A DNA stretch of 64,000 nt from a bacterium (GCA_965207065.1 OZ242260.1:2112001-2176000); one strand, 5' to 3'; counted from the stretch's first letter, positions 38,061 to 47,803 are shown. Made by a program: numbers and translations. Notes: generated from the sequence alone by a model not told the origin.

Positions 38061-39563
38061 TTATCTGATCCCGCCGAAAGCTCCGAGAATCTTCTCCGCC
38101 CGATCATCCAGAATCCCCGCCGCTTCCTCATGGTTCGGGCCGTAAAACCCGCCCATCACCTTTCCGTCTGAGTCCGTGAACCCGTTTTCTTCCACCGTCA
38201 CGTCATACGCCAGGCCGGATTTTCGCCACCCCGTCAGCCGCGCCCGCGCTTCCACGTCTCGCGCCGTGCGAAGGTTCGTGAACCGCACCGCGCCGTCCAG
38301 AGTGTCGGCGGAAAGAACGATTTCCGCCTCGCCGAACACCGGGGCGAACTTTTCCATATCGGTCGCCAGCAGGGAGCCGCTCCATGTGAGCGTTCCCCTG
38401 TGCGCGTCGGCGAAATCCGCCTCGGAGGGATTCCCGAAAACGTCCGCCTCCACCGTAATGCGATCAGTGATGCGCGTGGTGGTGAAGGTCATGTGCCGGG
38501 CCGCCGTAACCACCCATGCCGAGTGTTCCGCCCATGCGCCGTAGCTGTAGAGCTCGGGCTCCGCAGGATAATCATCCGCCACGGTGTACCCGATATCCTT
38601 CATGTAGGCGAAGTCCATTTCATGGGGGATGGCAATCTCAGGACCACAATAGGACATGATCATGGGGCAGGCGCCCAGATGACCAACATCCGGCTCGCCG
38701 TCGCGATCCTTCTGGAAGGGCACGTTCCGGCCCCCGTTGGCCGCCGTCAGCGCCGGGCCGGTCCATACTTCACGCTCGTAGTCTATGTAACGTTCAATGG
38801 TCTCCGGAGTGTCGGTTCTCCCGAGTTCTATGCCATGTCCGATTGCGTGGCCGATCTCATGAGCGGCGATATAAGCGAACCACAATGGTTCTCTGGTGAT
38901 GCTTCTTGCCGCCACCTCGAACCAGCCTGTCCTGACCGTAAAGTCCTTTCCCTCTATCTGTTCGTGCCGATAAAACCCGCGGGAACCCCCGAAATTTCTA
39001 TTCACCCACTTGGGATTCATAAAATCGGTTTCAAAATCAAGGAGAATCCCGTCCACCAGGCGCGGGATGACATAACCGTTCTCATCCCTCCCCTTGCGGG
39101 TCACTACCGTATCTGTTGACATGAAGGGGCCGAGCACGTCCTTGAGCCTGTGAGACCAGGCCTTCCCCGCCCTCTCGATGCCTCCCTTCACAAAATCCGG
39201 CAACGATTCAAAATACCCCTCAGATTCCCCGGTGAAGTCGATGTCGATGGTGTCCGTCGGACCCGACATCCGCTGCGCGTACGTTATCCCGTCCTTCGAA
39301 CCCAGGACGGAATACCCCGAAGCATCCAGACCCTCGAACCGGGGGAGACTGCCGCCTCCTTCGAGATCGAAATAGGAGGTGATCGGTTCGGTCGACTTCC
39401 ACGTATCCCGTATATCCACCCCCGCCGTATTCTGGATACCGGATGACCCGATAACGGCAGGTCCAAAACCGGAACCGCCCCCACCGCCGCCGCACCCGGT
39501 CAATACCGTCAAGGCCGAAAGAATAGTCGCCGCAAGAATCGTCAATGCTATTTTCACCTTCAC
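38061..39563 (-). CDS. Surface lipoprotein: zinc metallopeptidase domain plus a C-terminal TbpB-like beta-barrel
   Basis: Lipobox LTGC followed by a Gly run; AHEIGHAIG, WTGP, MKDIGY; ends GGFYGPNHEEAAG...GAFGGIR. Confidence 0.75.
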   Translation of the reverse strand: MKVKIALTILAATILSALTVLTGCGGGGGGSGFGPAVIGSSGIQNTAGVDIRDTWKSTEPITSYFDLEGGGSLPRFEGLDASGYSVLGSKDGITYAQRMSGPTDTIDIDFTGESEGYFESLPDFVKGGIERAGKAWSHRLKDVLGPFMSTDTVVTRKGRDENGYVIPRLVDGILLDFETDFMNPKWVNRNFGGSRGFYRHEQIEGKDFTVRTGWFEVAARSITREPLWFAYIAAHEIGHAIGHGIELGRTDTPETIERYIDYEREVWTGPALTAANGGRNVPFQKDRDGEPDVGHLGACPMIMSYCGPEIAIPHEMDFAYMKDIGYTVADDYPAEPELYSYGAWAEHSAWVVTAARHMTFTTTRITDRITVEADVFGNPSEADFADAHRGTLTWSGSLLATDMEKFAPVFGEAEIVLSADTLDGAVRFTNLRTARDVEARARLTGWRKSGLAYDVTVEENGFTDSDGKVMGGFYGPNHEEAAGILDDRAEKILGAFGGIR

Positions 39564-39973
39564 CTCCCTTTGTGAGCCCGCCCGGGAGACTTCTCGGACG
39601 GAACATACAAGCAGTCAAACGAAACCTCGACAGGATTGCCGGGTCGTTGCGACAACAACAGTGAAAGTGAGGAATAGTTCCGTTCTTCACCCTTGCTCGT
39701 GGAGTTACCCCATACCAAAATCGTATTAATGTATTCGATTGATAGTATTTTATAGCATATAATCGGGTAATGTTCTCGGAACCGAATCTGCGAAATAGGG
39801 AGAAAGAGACTGTCAAGCGGGCCGCCTGTTCCAAAGGGCGCCTGTACGGGATAGCGACAGGGGTTTCCCCGAAATGCAGGACCCCCCTTTAGATTTGGCT
39901 CCGTAACTCAACTGGCAGGGCGGACACACCTGTCCGGCTACGGTTCTCTAGCGTATCGAAACGAACTTGTTGT

Positions 39974-40014
39974 GGGCCGCTTTTTAGCGGCCCGGTGTCG
40001 CGACCTGTCCCTGC
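39974..40014. repeat. REP-like palindrome and half-REP
   Basis: GGGCCGCT-TTTT-AGCGGCCC and GTCGCGACCTGTCCCTGC (matches the right half of 37712-37739). Confidence 0.65.
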
Positions 40015-40023
40015 TCGCTTACC

Positions 40024-41322
40024 TCACAGCCACGCGAACTTGATGGCGAACAGAATCGTCACCCCGAACAGCGTCGGCGAGCATTGGCCCCCGCGTCCCG
40101 CCATCAGTTTGATCAGCACGTAGGTGATGACGCCCAGCCCGATGCCGTCGGCGATGGAGAACGTCAGCGGGATGGCGATGACCGTCATGACCGCGGCGGC
40201 CGATTCGGTCACGTCGCTCCAGTCCAGGTCCATGAGCGGACGCGCCATCAGGCACGCCACGTAGAGGATGGCCGCCGCCGTCGCGTAGGGCGGAATGGAG
40301 CCTGCGAGCGGCGCGAAGAACAGGCAGGCGAGGAACAGAACGGCCACGACGACCGCGCTCAGGCCCGTGCGTCCGCCCGCGCCGGCCCCGGCGGCGCTTT
40401 CGATGTAGCTCGTGACGGGCGAGGTGCCGAGCAGGGCGCCTCCCACCGTTCCCGCCGAGTCGGCGATCAGCGCGCGCTGCATGCGCGGGAGCCGTCCTTC
40501 CTCATCCAGGAGGTTCGCCTGGTGGGCCACGCCGATCAGCGTGCCCGTCGTGTCGAACAGGTCGACGAGCAGGAACGTGAGTATCACGGCGAGCATGCTC
40601 ACCTGAAGCGCGCCCGCGATGTCCAGGGCCAGGAGCGTCGGCGTCGGGTCGGGCGGCAGCGAGGCGAACCCCTTCCATTCGGAGACGCCGAAGATCAGGC
40701 CGGCGGCGGCGACGGCCAGCATCCCGATGAGCGCGGCGCCCGGCACCTTGCGCGCGGCGAGCGCCGCGATCAGGCAGAAGCCGAGCAGGCACAGCAGCGG
40801 CGCGGGCGTCGTCAGATGGCCTACGGTGACCAGCGTCGCCTTGCTTCCCTGGATAATGCCGGCGTTCTTGAGCGCGATGATGCCCAGGAACAGTCCGATC
40901 CCGGCCGCAATGGCCAGTTTGAGTCCCTGCGGTATCGCCTCGACGATCCAGCGCCGCACCGGCAGTATGCTGATCGCCAGGAACAGCAAGCCGGAAATGA
41001 AGACCGCGCCCAGCGCGACCTCCCACTTGTGGCCGAGGCCGAGCACGACGCTGAAGGCGAAGAACGCGTTGAGGCCCATGCCCGGCGCCAGCGCGATCGG
41101 GTAGTTGGCATACAGGCCCATTATCAGCGTACTGAGCGCCGCCGCGAGGCAGGTGGCGACGAACACCGCGTCGAACGGCATGCCCGCGCTGGAGAGGATC
41201 TGCGGGTTGACGAAGGCGATGTAGGCCATCGTCAGGAACGTCGTCGCGCCCGCCGTCACCTCCGTCCGCACGGTAGTGCCGCGCTGCGCCAGTCCGAAGA
41301 AGCGTTCAAGTGTCGCTGTCAT
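40024..41322 (-). CDS. NCS2/AzgA-family purine permease
   Basis: TTFLTMAYIAFVNP, LAPGMGLNAFF, DLFDTTGTL, TSYIESAAG..GGRTGL, PLTFSIADG. Confidence 0.93.
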   Translation of the reverse strand: MTATLERFFGLAQRGTTVRTEVTAGATTFLTMAYIAFVNPQILSSAGMPFDAVFVATCLAAALSTLIMGLYANYPIALAPGMGLNAFFAFSVVLGLGHKWEVALGAVFISGLLFLAISILPVRRWIVEAIPQGLKLAIAAGIGLFLGIIALKNAGIIQGSKATLVTVGHLTTPAPLLCLLGFCLIAALAARKVPGAALIGMLAVAAAGLIFGVSEWKGFASLPPDPTPTLLALDIAGALQVSMLAVILTFLLVDLFDTTGTLIGVAHQANLLDEEGRLPRMQRALIADSAGTVGGALLGTSPVTSYIESAAGAGAGGRTGLSAVVVAVLFLACLFFAPLAGSIPPYATAAAILYVACLMARPLMDLDWSDVTESAAAVMTVIAIPLTFSIADGIGLGVITYVLIKLMAGRGGQCSPTLFGVTILFAIKFAWL

Positions 41323-41495
41323 GGGTTCCTCTCACGGGATTTCGGGGCGGGCGGTTCTGGGCGATTCCTGTAGTCAGCGCACGGGGGCGCTCTTCGATTC
41401 GAGATATTCTCGTAGTCTATTACAGAGGCGATGATTTTTCGAGCGGGGGGAGTGGCTTGCGGTGCAGCCTGCGCCGGAATGACGGTGAACAATTG

Positions 41496-41639
41496 GAAAA
41501 GCAACCCCCCCTACCCCCCCCTTGTCAGGGGGGTATAAAAAGGCGATGTCCGCCCGTAGGGATGAGCCCCCGCCGGGCAGAGGGGGCTTTGCTTTTTCTT
41601 ACCCCCCTGACAAGGGGGGGGTAGGGGGGGTTGCTTTTC
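41496..41639. repeat. Palindromic repeat element with about 40-bp arms
   Basis: GAAAAGCAAC(n)TAC(n)TTGTCAG(n)TA at 41496-41535 and its reverse complement at 41600-41639; same family as 36271-36713 and 43736-44062. Confidence 0.9.
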
Positions 41640-41923
41640 AAAGAAGGGGAAGGACACGAGCAGGGCGGTTTTTTCATCTGGCATTCCCCACGGGATGCCT
41701 GACCCCTCAAGGGGAGTGTTGTCCTCACTCTCGTCGGTCGTCTAAATATCCTGTAGCGCGACCTGTCCCTACGAAAACGGCTACGTGTTTCTCATGTGGA
41801 CAAAATAAACTACTGGCCGATGCCTCATCCGCATTTCATCGCTACGCCCCCTCTCATCCCCCCTCCCGGTTGGTTTCCTATTCCATGAAATGGTAATTTG
41901 ATTTCGAAACGGGAGGATGCGTC

Positions 41924-42847
41924 TTGCACAGGTATTCATTCATCATTCTGGCGACGGTCTTGGGGTTGTTGGTCCATCTGGCGGGCGACGCCCTGGCCGG
42001 ACCCGCGGAGTCGGTAGGCCCCACGGCGTCTGCGCCTTTCGTCGTGGTGATCGACCCCGGCCACGGAGGGCGGGATGCGGGAAGCCGCGGCGCGCTGCTT
42101 CAGGAGAAGGATTTCACCCTCCGCGCAGCGAAGATGCTGGCCGCGCTCCTCTCCAGACGCCCGGAAGTGAAGGCGATTTTGACGCGCGAGGCCGACACGG
42201 AGATGACCGCCGTGCAGCGCGCCTCGGTGGCGAACTACAACGCCGCCGCCTTGTTCCTCACCCTGCATGCGGACGCCTCCTGGCGGCCCGGGGCGCGGGG
42301 GCCGGCCATCATGGTGGCGGCGCCCAGGCGACCGCCGCGCGTGGCGGGAGAGCCGGCCCGGGCCGTGGCGTTTCGCTGGCAGCGGAGCCAGAACATTCAC
42401 CTGGCCTCGAACCGCCGCTTCGCCCTGAACCTGCAGAAGCGCTTCGCCGCCATCCGCGCGGGCGAAAAACCCCCGCTCCACATTCTGGCCGTGCGCGATC
42501 TCGAGGGCGCGCGCATGCCGGCTGCCTACGTGAGCCTGGGCGTCATCAGTACGCCCGAAGACGAGGCGCGCCTGAGCGAGATAGCGGAAGAGGGTCCATA
42601 CCTCACGGCGCTCGCCGGGGAGGTGCTCAGGTTCGCCGGCCTCACCGAAGACCTGCCGCCCAAACCGGTTGAACCTGCAGAAGCCGCGCCGCCAGAATCA
42701 TCGCAGGCGCCCGAGTCATCGGAGCAGCCCGAATCGCCTCAGCAGCCTGAATCATCTGAATCGCAAGCCGCGCCGTCTGAATCGCCGCAGCCCGGTGAGA
42801 GTGCGCCTGAGGCGCAAAACGCCGCTCCCGTAGGGGAGGGGCGCTGA
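41924..42847 (+). CDS. N-acetylmuramoyl-L-alanine amidase (Amidase_3) homologue with a P/E/S/Q-rich tail
   Basis: Signal peptide; VVIDPGHGG, EKD, LTR, LHAD; the catalytic Glu position reads PAAYVSLG. Confidence 0.85.
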   Translation: MHRYSFIILATVLGLLVHLAGDALAGPAESVGPTASAPFVVVIDPGHGGRDAGSRGALLQEKDFTLRAAKMLAALLSRRPEVKAILTREADTEMTAVQRASVANYNAAALFLTLHADASWRPGARGPAIMVAAPRRPPRVAGEPARAVAFRWQRSQNIHLASNRRFALNLQKRFAAIRAGEKPPLHILAVRDLEGARMPAAYVSLGVISTPEDEARLSEIAEEGPYLTALAGEVLRFAGLTEDLPPKPVEPAEAAPPESSQAPESSEQPESPQQPESSESQAAPSESPQPGESAPEAQNAAPVGEGR

Positions 42848-42848
42848 C

Positions 42849-43643
42849 ATGCTCAAGAAGATCGGGCTCGCCGTCTTGATCATCGCCGTGAGCGGAGCGC
42901 TCGTGTGGAATTACCAGGAAGCCGTCCTGGAATTCCTGGAGCGGGGCCGCGACGCCGCACTCGACCCCGCGCGTCGAGACGCCGCGCGCGCGCCGAGCGT
43001 GAAGAAGACGCTTTATTTCGCAGGCGTCGAGGAAGACCTGCTGGTTCCCTATCCCGTGGAAGTGGAGATAGGGAAGAACAACGTCGACACCTTGCGCAAC
43101 GTGCTGGAGGCTCTCATCGCCGGACCCCAGGGGGAGGGATACGCGCCGGTTATCCCGAAAGGCACGAAGCTGCGCATGACGTTTCCGGGGCCGGACGGGA
43201 TCGTCTACGTCGATTTCGACGAGACCTTGCGCGACGCGCACCCGGGCGGCGTGTGGGCGGAGTTGATGACCGCATACGGCGTCGCCGGCACCGTGGTCAG
43301 GAATTTTCCGGATCTCTTCGATCGCGTCGTGCTGCTCATCGGGGGGCAGGAAGCCCAGAGCATCGCGGGCTCGCTCGCCATCACGGGTCCGCTCCGGGTG
43401 CGCGAGGAGTTGATGTCGGAGGAGGCATCTGCGCCCGAGGCGGGTGGTTCTCCACCGGCAACGCCAAACGCGACTGCGGAGAGCGACGCGCCCGTTGCGG
43501 CCACCGGGCAGCCTCCCGCAAACGCCGTCGGCGTGCCCAAGGAGACCCTCCCGCCGGTGGGAAGCTCTCCGGTCGATCCCGTCGGCGTGCCGCAGAAAAA
43601 GCCGGGCGTCGGCGCGGTGGGCGCGCCCGGAAACTCCCGTTAA
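42849..43643 (+). CDS. GerMN-domain protein
   Basis: N-terminal TM; LYF, LEALIAGP, IPKGTKL, YVDF, HPGG..AE; typically found next to an amidase. Confidence 0.85.
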   Translation: MLKKIGLAVLIIAVSGALVWNYQEAVLEFLERGRDAALDPARRDAARAPSVKKTLYFAGVEEDLLVPYPVEVEIGKNNVDTLRNVLEALIAGPQGEGYAPVIPKGTKLRMTFPGPDGIVYVDFDETLRDAHPGGVWAELMTAYGVAGTVVRNFPDLFDRVVLLIGGQEAQSIAGSLAITGPLRVREELMSEEASAPEAGGSPPATPNATAESDAPVAATGQPPANAVGVPKETLPPVGSSPVDPVGVPQKKPGVGAVGAPGNSR

Positions 43644-43757
43644 GGGAGCGATCTTCATAGGGGTCGCATGCTAAGCTTTTCAACAGCTTCCTGTAATTCG
43701 CGTTAGGCGCACGCCTCGCGAATGGATTCCCCCCGAACCCCCCAACCCCCTTTGACA

Positions 43758-43914
43758 GGGTCTGTTGAAAAACCCGGAGAAGGGAGTTCGCGGTTTTTGT
43801 AGGGGCCGCATATATGCGGCCCTTTTGGTGGGAAATTGGTGCGGGGCGCATATATGCGCCCCCTACACATTCACATACGTCGAACCGCAGAGTTGGGACT
43901 TTTTCAACAACCCC
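43758..43914. mobile_element. MITE (157 bp) with a 5-bp target-site duplication, carrying an inverted REP doublet
   Basis: TIRs GGGTCTGTTGAAAAA / TTTTTCAACAACCCC; TGACA at 43753-43757 and 43915-43919; internal GTAGGGGCCGCATATATGCGGCCC and GGGGCGCATATATGCGCCCCCTAC. Confidence 0.82.
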
Positions 43915-44089
43915 TGACAGGGGGGCTTTTCTTTCACCCCCTCGTCGGGGGGCATCGCCTTTTCTTTCCTATATAAGCGTCATGGCCCAGACGATGGAAA
44001 GCGAATTCCTGTCGAGGGGTTTTGACTTTACCCCCCTGTTAAGGCGGGGGTACGGGGGGGTTGGCGAGTCGAGCGTATGGTTTCGTCCG

Positions 44090-45469
44090 TTAGTCCGCCG
44101 CGCACGCCTCGCGTATCGCCTCATCCAGGACGCGCACCATCCGGCTTATCTCCTCGTTCGTCACGCAATATGGCGGCATCAGGACGACGACGTCGCCCAG
44201 GGGCCGCACGGCGAGGCCGCGCTTTCTCGCCGCCAGGATAACCGCGCGCCCCTTGCGCTCGGCGGGCGTGTAGGGTTCCTTGCTTTCTTTCTCCTTCAAT
44301 AGCTCCACGCCCACCATCCAGCCCAGGCCGCGCACCTCGCCCGCGTGGGGGTTGTTTTTCAGTTTATCGAGTTCGCTCCACAGATGCGCTATCTTCGCCC
44401 GGTTTATCTGGATGGTGTTTTCCCGCTCGAAAATCTCGAGGTTCGCCAGTGCCGCGGCGCAGCCCAGGGGGTTTCCCGTGTAGGAGTGTCCGTGAAAAAA
44501 TGTGCGGCCCGTCTCGGGCGCGCCGCGGAATGCGCCAAAAATTTCCTCGGTGGCGAGCGTCGCCGCGAGCGGCAGGTAGCCGCCCGTGATTCCCTTGGCG
44601 AGGCACAGGATGTCCGGGGCCACGCCCTCGTGCTCGCAGGCGAACATGGGGCCGGTGCGACCGAAGCCCGTCGCCACCTCGTCCGCTATCAGGAGCACGT
44701 CGTGTTCCGTGCACGCCTCGCGCACTTTCTTGAGAAAGCCGGGCGGCTGCACGATGATTCCCGCCGCTCCCTGCACCATCGGTTCCACCGCCACGGCGGC
44801 GAGATGAGGCGCGTTTTCCTCGATTTGCTGCACGATTTCATCGCCCGAACAGACGGAGCATGGCGGACGCTCCGCTCCCCTCGGGCACCAGAAGCAATAG
44901 GGCGCCTCAGCTCTCATGGTCTGGAAGAGAAGAGGCCCGAAGATGTGGTGGAACAGGTCGATTCCGCCCAGCGACACCGCACCGACCGTATCGCCGTGGT
45001 AGGCCAGGTTGAGCGTGAGAAAGCGGTCCTTCTCGGGCTTCGGGTCTTTCCTTTGTTTTTGGTACTGAAAGGCCATCTTGAGGGCGATTTCCACCGCCGT
45101 CGCGCCCGAGTCCGAATAGAAGACTCGGGCGAGGCCCGCCGGTGCGATTTGCGCGAGCTTCTCGGCAAGCTCGATGGCGGCGGGGTTCGCCATGCCCAGT
45201 TGGGTGGTGTGGGCGATCCGCCCGAGTTGCGCGCGAACCGCCTCGTCTATCTCTTCCTTGCGGTGTCCGTGGATGTTCACCCACAGGGATGATACGCCGT
45301 CGAGATATCGCTTGCCTTCTACGTCGATCAGGTACGCCCCCTCGCCGCGCTCGACGACGAGCGGGGGGTCCTCGCTCTCCCATTCGTCCATGGGGGTGAA
45401 GGGATGCCAGAGGTGCTTCCTGTCCGCGTCTGCCAGGCGGCGGAGGCGCTGCGTTTCGTCGGTGCTCAT
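44090..45469 (-). CDS. bioA: Adenosylmethionine--8-amino-7-oxononanoate aminotransferase
   Basis: LWHPFT, DGVSSLWVNIHGH, SDSGATAVEIALKMA, YHGDT, DEVATGFGRTG, AKGITGGY; ATG 45469 overlaps the upstream stop. Confidence 0.95.
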   Translation of the reverse strand: MSTDETQRLRRLADADRKHLWHPFTPMDEWESEDPPLVVERGEGAYLIDVEGKRYLDGVSSLWVNIHGHRKEEIDEAVRAQLGRIAHTTQLGMANPAAIELAEKLAQIAPAGLARVFYSDSGATAVEIALKMAFQYQKQRKDPKPEKDRFLTLNLAYHGDTVGAVSLGGIDLFHHIFGPLLFQTMRAEAPYCFWCPRGAERPPCSVCSGDEIVQQIEENAPHLAAVAVEPMVQGAAGIIVQPPGFLKKVREACTEHDVLLIADEVATGFGRTGPMFACEHEGVAPDILCLAKGITGGYLPLAATLATEEIFGAFRGAPETGRTFFHGHSYTGNPLGCAAALANLEIFERENTIQINRAKIAHLWSELDKLKNNPHAGEVRGLGWMVGVELLKEKESKEPYTPAERKGRAVILAARKRGLAVRPLGDVVVLMPPYCVTNEEISRMVRVLDEAIREACAAD

Positions 45470-46245
45470 GCGGGGCGTTCGGCGAGGATGACGGCTTCCT
45501 GCTCGTCGAATACGTATTCGCCGTCCTCCTCGCGCGGGTCGAGCCAGTAGGATATCGCGGGCGAGGCGTTTTCGAGATACTTGCGAAGCGACGCCTTGTC
45601 CGCATCCGTGAGATGGGGGCGCTTCACCCAATGGGAGAGCACCATCTTCTTCCTCAGGGTCTCGGAATAGAGGACGCGGAAACCGGCGGCTTCCAGCATC
45701 TCCACCAGGCCGGGCAGGCTGTCGCAGCGGTTGTGGCTCGGGTCGCGCAGGCGCTCGAAATCGTTGTAGCTATCGAGTTCCCTGGGTTCTTCGGGCGCGA
45801 TGTTGTCGATGTAGATGAGCCTGCCGCCCGGTTTCAGGACGCGGAACATCTCGCGCATCGAGGCCGGAACGTCCGGGAAATGATGCGGTGCGATGCGCAC
45901 CGATACCGTATCGAGCGCACCCGTCTGAACGGCGATGTTCTCGGCGTCGGTCCTGAGATAGGAGACGTTCCCGATTCCTCTCTCTTCACCCAGCCTGCGC
46001 GCGGAGTCGAGCATCCCGGCGGTCAAATCGCTCGCGATGACGTGGCGGCATTTATCCGCCATCTGGAAGGCGGTGTGGCCCGCGCCCGTGGCGATGTCCA
46101 GATGGACCCCGCCGCTCGGGTTCAGCACCTCGGCCGCGCGCGCGAGGGAGCTGCTCCGCGCGTGGGGCGCGCTGGTGACGTAGTAGTCCGAATCCTGGTT
46201 GTATATCTTCTGTACGGCCTCTCGCTGCTCCCGGGACGTGTCCAT
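45466..46245 (-). CDS. Class I SAM-dependent methyltransferase
   Basis: LDIATGAGHT, DLTAGML, RIAPHHF, RVLKPGG, RDPSH; GAGGAG RBS. Confidence 0.9.
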   Translation of the reverse strand: MDTSREQREAVQKIYNQDSDYYVTSAPHARSSSLARAAEVLNPSGGVHLDIATGAGHTAFQMADKCRHVIASDLTAGMLDSARRLGEERGIGNVSYLRTDAENIAVQTGALDTVSVRIAPHHFPDVPASMREMFRVLKPGGRLIYIDNIAPEEPRELDSYNDFERLRDPSHNRCDSLPGLVEMLEAAGFRVLYSETLRKKMVLSHWVKRPHLTDADKASLRKYLENASPAISYWLDPREEDGEYVFDEQEAVILAERPA

Positions 46246-46321
46246 GCGGCTCCTCAATGAGAACTGGAATATCGGTTTGCGGGGGGAGTATTTCCCAAAA
46301 GTCGGTTTTGGGGCAAGCGCC

Positions 46322-46948
46322 CTAGGGGGTCCTCAAAACCGCGCGGGCGGGCGCGCCGTCTCGCCCCGGGAGGAGGGCGGGCAGGGCGATGAGTTCATAA
46401 TCCCCCTCGTGCGCATGGCTAAGATGAAGACCCTCGAGCAACACGACGCCGCGGGGCATCAGCAGCCGGTGCACCGGCGCATCGCCCTCGGGCGGGTCCA
46501 CGGAGAGATAATCCACGCCCAGGAGCGTCATTCCGTTATCGAGCAGAAGCTGTGCGGCTTCCGGCGTCATGTGGCAGAAATTCGGATCGAACGGCTTCTC
46601 CCACCATCGTGCATCCGAATTTCGCGTCTTGATGAGAAAGCGCGTGGCGCCTTCGAGGTTCTTGGTGCTTAATTCTTCCGATGTGATGCACTCGTGGTTT
46701 TCTATCTCGATCACCCGGGCGGGACCCATCAGGGTCTCCAAAGAGAGCGCTTCCACGCCGTCCTCTCCGGGCAGGAAGTGCACCGGCGCGTCCACGTGCG
46801 TGCCCGTGTGCAGGCAAAGGCTCGCTTCCGTCAGGCAGACCGAATCCCCCGCTTTGAAAGAAGCGTGAAAGCGAAGTTTGAGTTCCGGATCCCCCGGCCA
46901 CCGCGGCATCCCCTCTTGTATCGGTATGGTGATGTCAATGACGTCCAT
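46322..46948 (-). CDS. Cyclase family (kynurenine formamidase-like) metallo-hydrolase
   Basis: WPGDP, HTGTHVDAPVH, GVDYLS, LLEGL, DGAPARAVL. Confidence 0.92.
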   Translation of the reverse strand: MDVIDITIPIQEGMPRWPGDPELKLRFHASFKAGDSVCLTEASLCLHTGTHVDAPVHFLPGEDGVEALSLETLMGPARVIEIENHECITSEELSTKNLEGATRFLIKTRNSDARWWEKPFDPNFCHMTPEAAQLLLDNGMTLLGVDYLSVDPPEGDAPVHRLLMPRGVVLLEGLHLSHAHEGDYELIALPALLPGRDGAPARAVLRTP

Positions 46949-47067
46949 GCCGCTCCTCCCGCCCGAAAGATAGCAGAAAAGGGATGCGGACGCCGGGGGA
47001 GTGGACGAACCGCTGCGCGCGCAGGAGGGCTCTCATAGGGATCAAAAAATCGGTATTCAGGATGTTG

Positions 47068-47697
47068 CTAGAGCGATCTCAATACCGCGCGGGCGGGCGC
47101 GCCGTCTCGCCCCGGGAGGAGGGCGGGCAGGGCGATGAGCTCGTAATCGCCCTCGGGCGCGTTCGCCAGGTTCAGGCCTTCGAGCAGGACGACGCCCAGC
47201 GGCATCAGCAGCGTGTGGACGGGCACGTTGGGGTCGGGCGCATCCACGCCGAGATAGTCCACGCCCAGAAGCTCCATCCCGTGGTCGTAGAGAAGCTGTC
47301 CCGCTCCCGCCGTCATGTGGCAGTAGTCGGGGCTGTAGGGTTTCGACCACCACTGATCTTCCGAGTTCCGCGTCTTGATGAGAAATCGCGTGGCGCCTTC
47401 GAGATTCTTGGTGGCGAGTTCCTCCGCGGTGATGCACTCGTGGTTTTCGACTGCGATCACCCGGGCGGGACCCATGAGGGTTTCGAGGTTGAGCGTCTCG
47501 ATCCCGCCCGCATCGTGGAGATAGTGCATGGGCGCGTCCAGATGCGTGCCGGTGTGCACGCCGATGGTGGCTTCGGTGAGGCAGACGTCGTCGCCTGCGT
47601 CGAAGGATTTGTGAAAGCGCATCGAAAGCCCCGGATTCCCGGGATAGATGGGCATTTCGCCTTCCACTACGGGAACGGATATGTCGATGATTTCCAT
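47068..47697 (-). CDS. Cyclase family metallo-hydrolase, tandem paralogue
   Basis: YPGNP, HTGTHLDAPMH, GVDYLG, DGAPARAVL. Confidence 0.92.
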   Translation of the reverse strand: MEIIDISVPVVEGEMPIYPGNPGLSMRFHKSFDAGDDVCLTEATIGVHTGTHLDAPMHYLHDAGGIETLNLETLMGPARVIAVENHECITAEELATKNLEGATRFLIKTRNSEDQWWSKPYSPDYCHMTAGAGQLLYDHGMELLGVDYLGVDAPDPNVPVHTLLMPLGVVLLEGLNLANAPEGDYELIALPALLPGRDGAPARAVLRSL

Positions 47698-47803
47698 GGC
47701 TCTCCTCCGGCGGGATGGGGTGGGATAGGATGAGGCCAGAATATCAAAAATCGGCGGCAGGTGTCCAAGCGGGGGATTTCGGGGGGAGGAAGAGGTCTCC
47801 TCC

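Noticed and set aside
41467-41485. GCCTGCGCCGGAATGACGG, resembling half of another palindromic repeat family
   Set aside because: Single partial copy in the window; insufficient support to call as a feature
36230-44070. Possible CRISPR array among the repeats
   Set aside because: Repeats are inverted and irregularly spaced, with no constant repeat-spacer period and no cas genes
45466-46245. Methyltransferase as BioC because it is coupled to bioA
   Set aside because: Motifs (RIAPHHF, RDPSH) fit a different generic methyltransferase group; BioC identity cannot be supported
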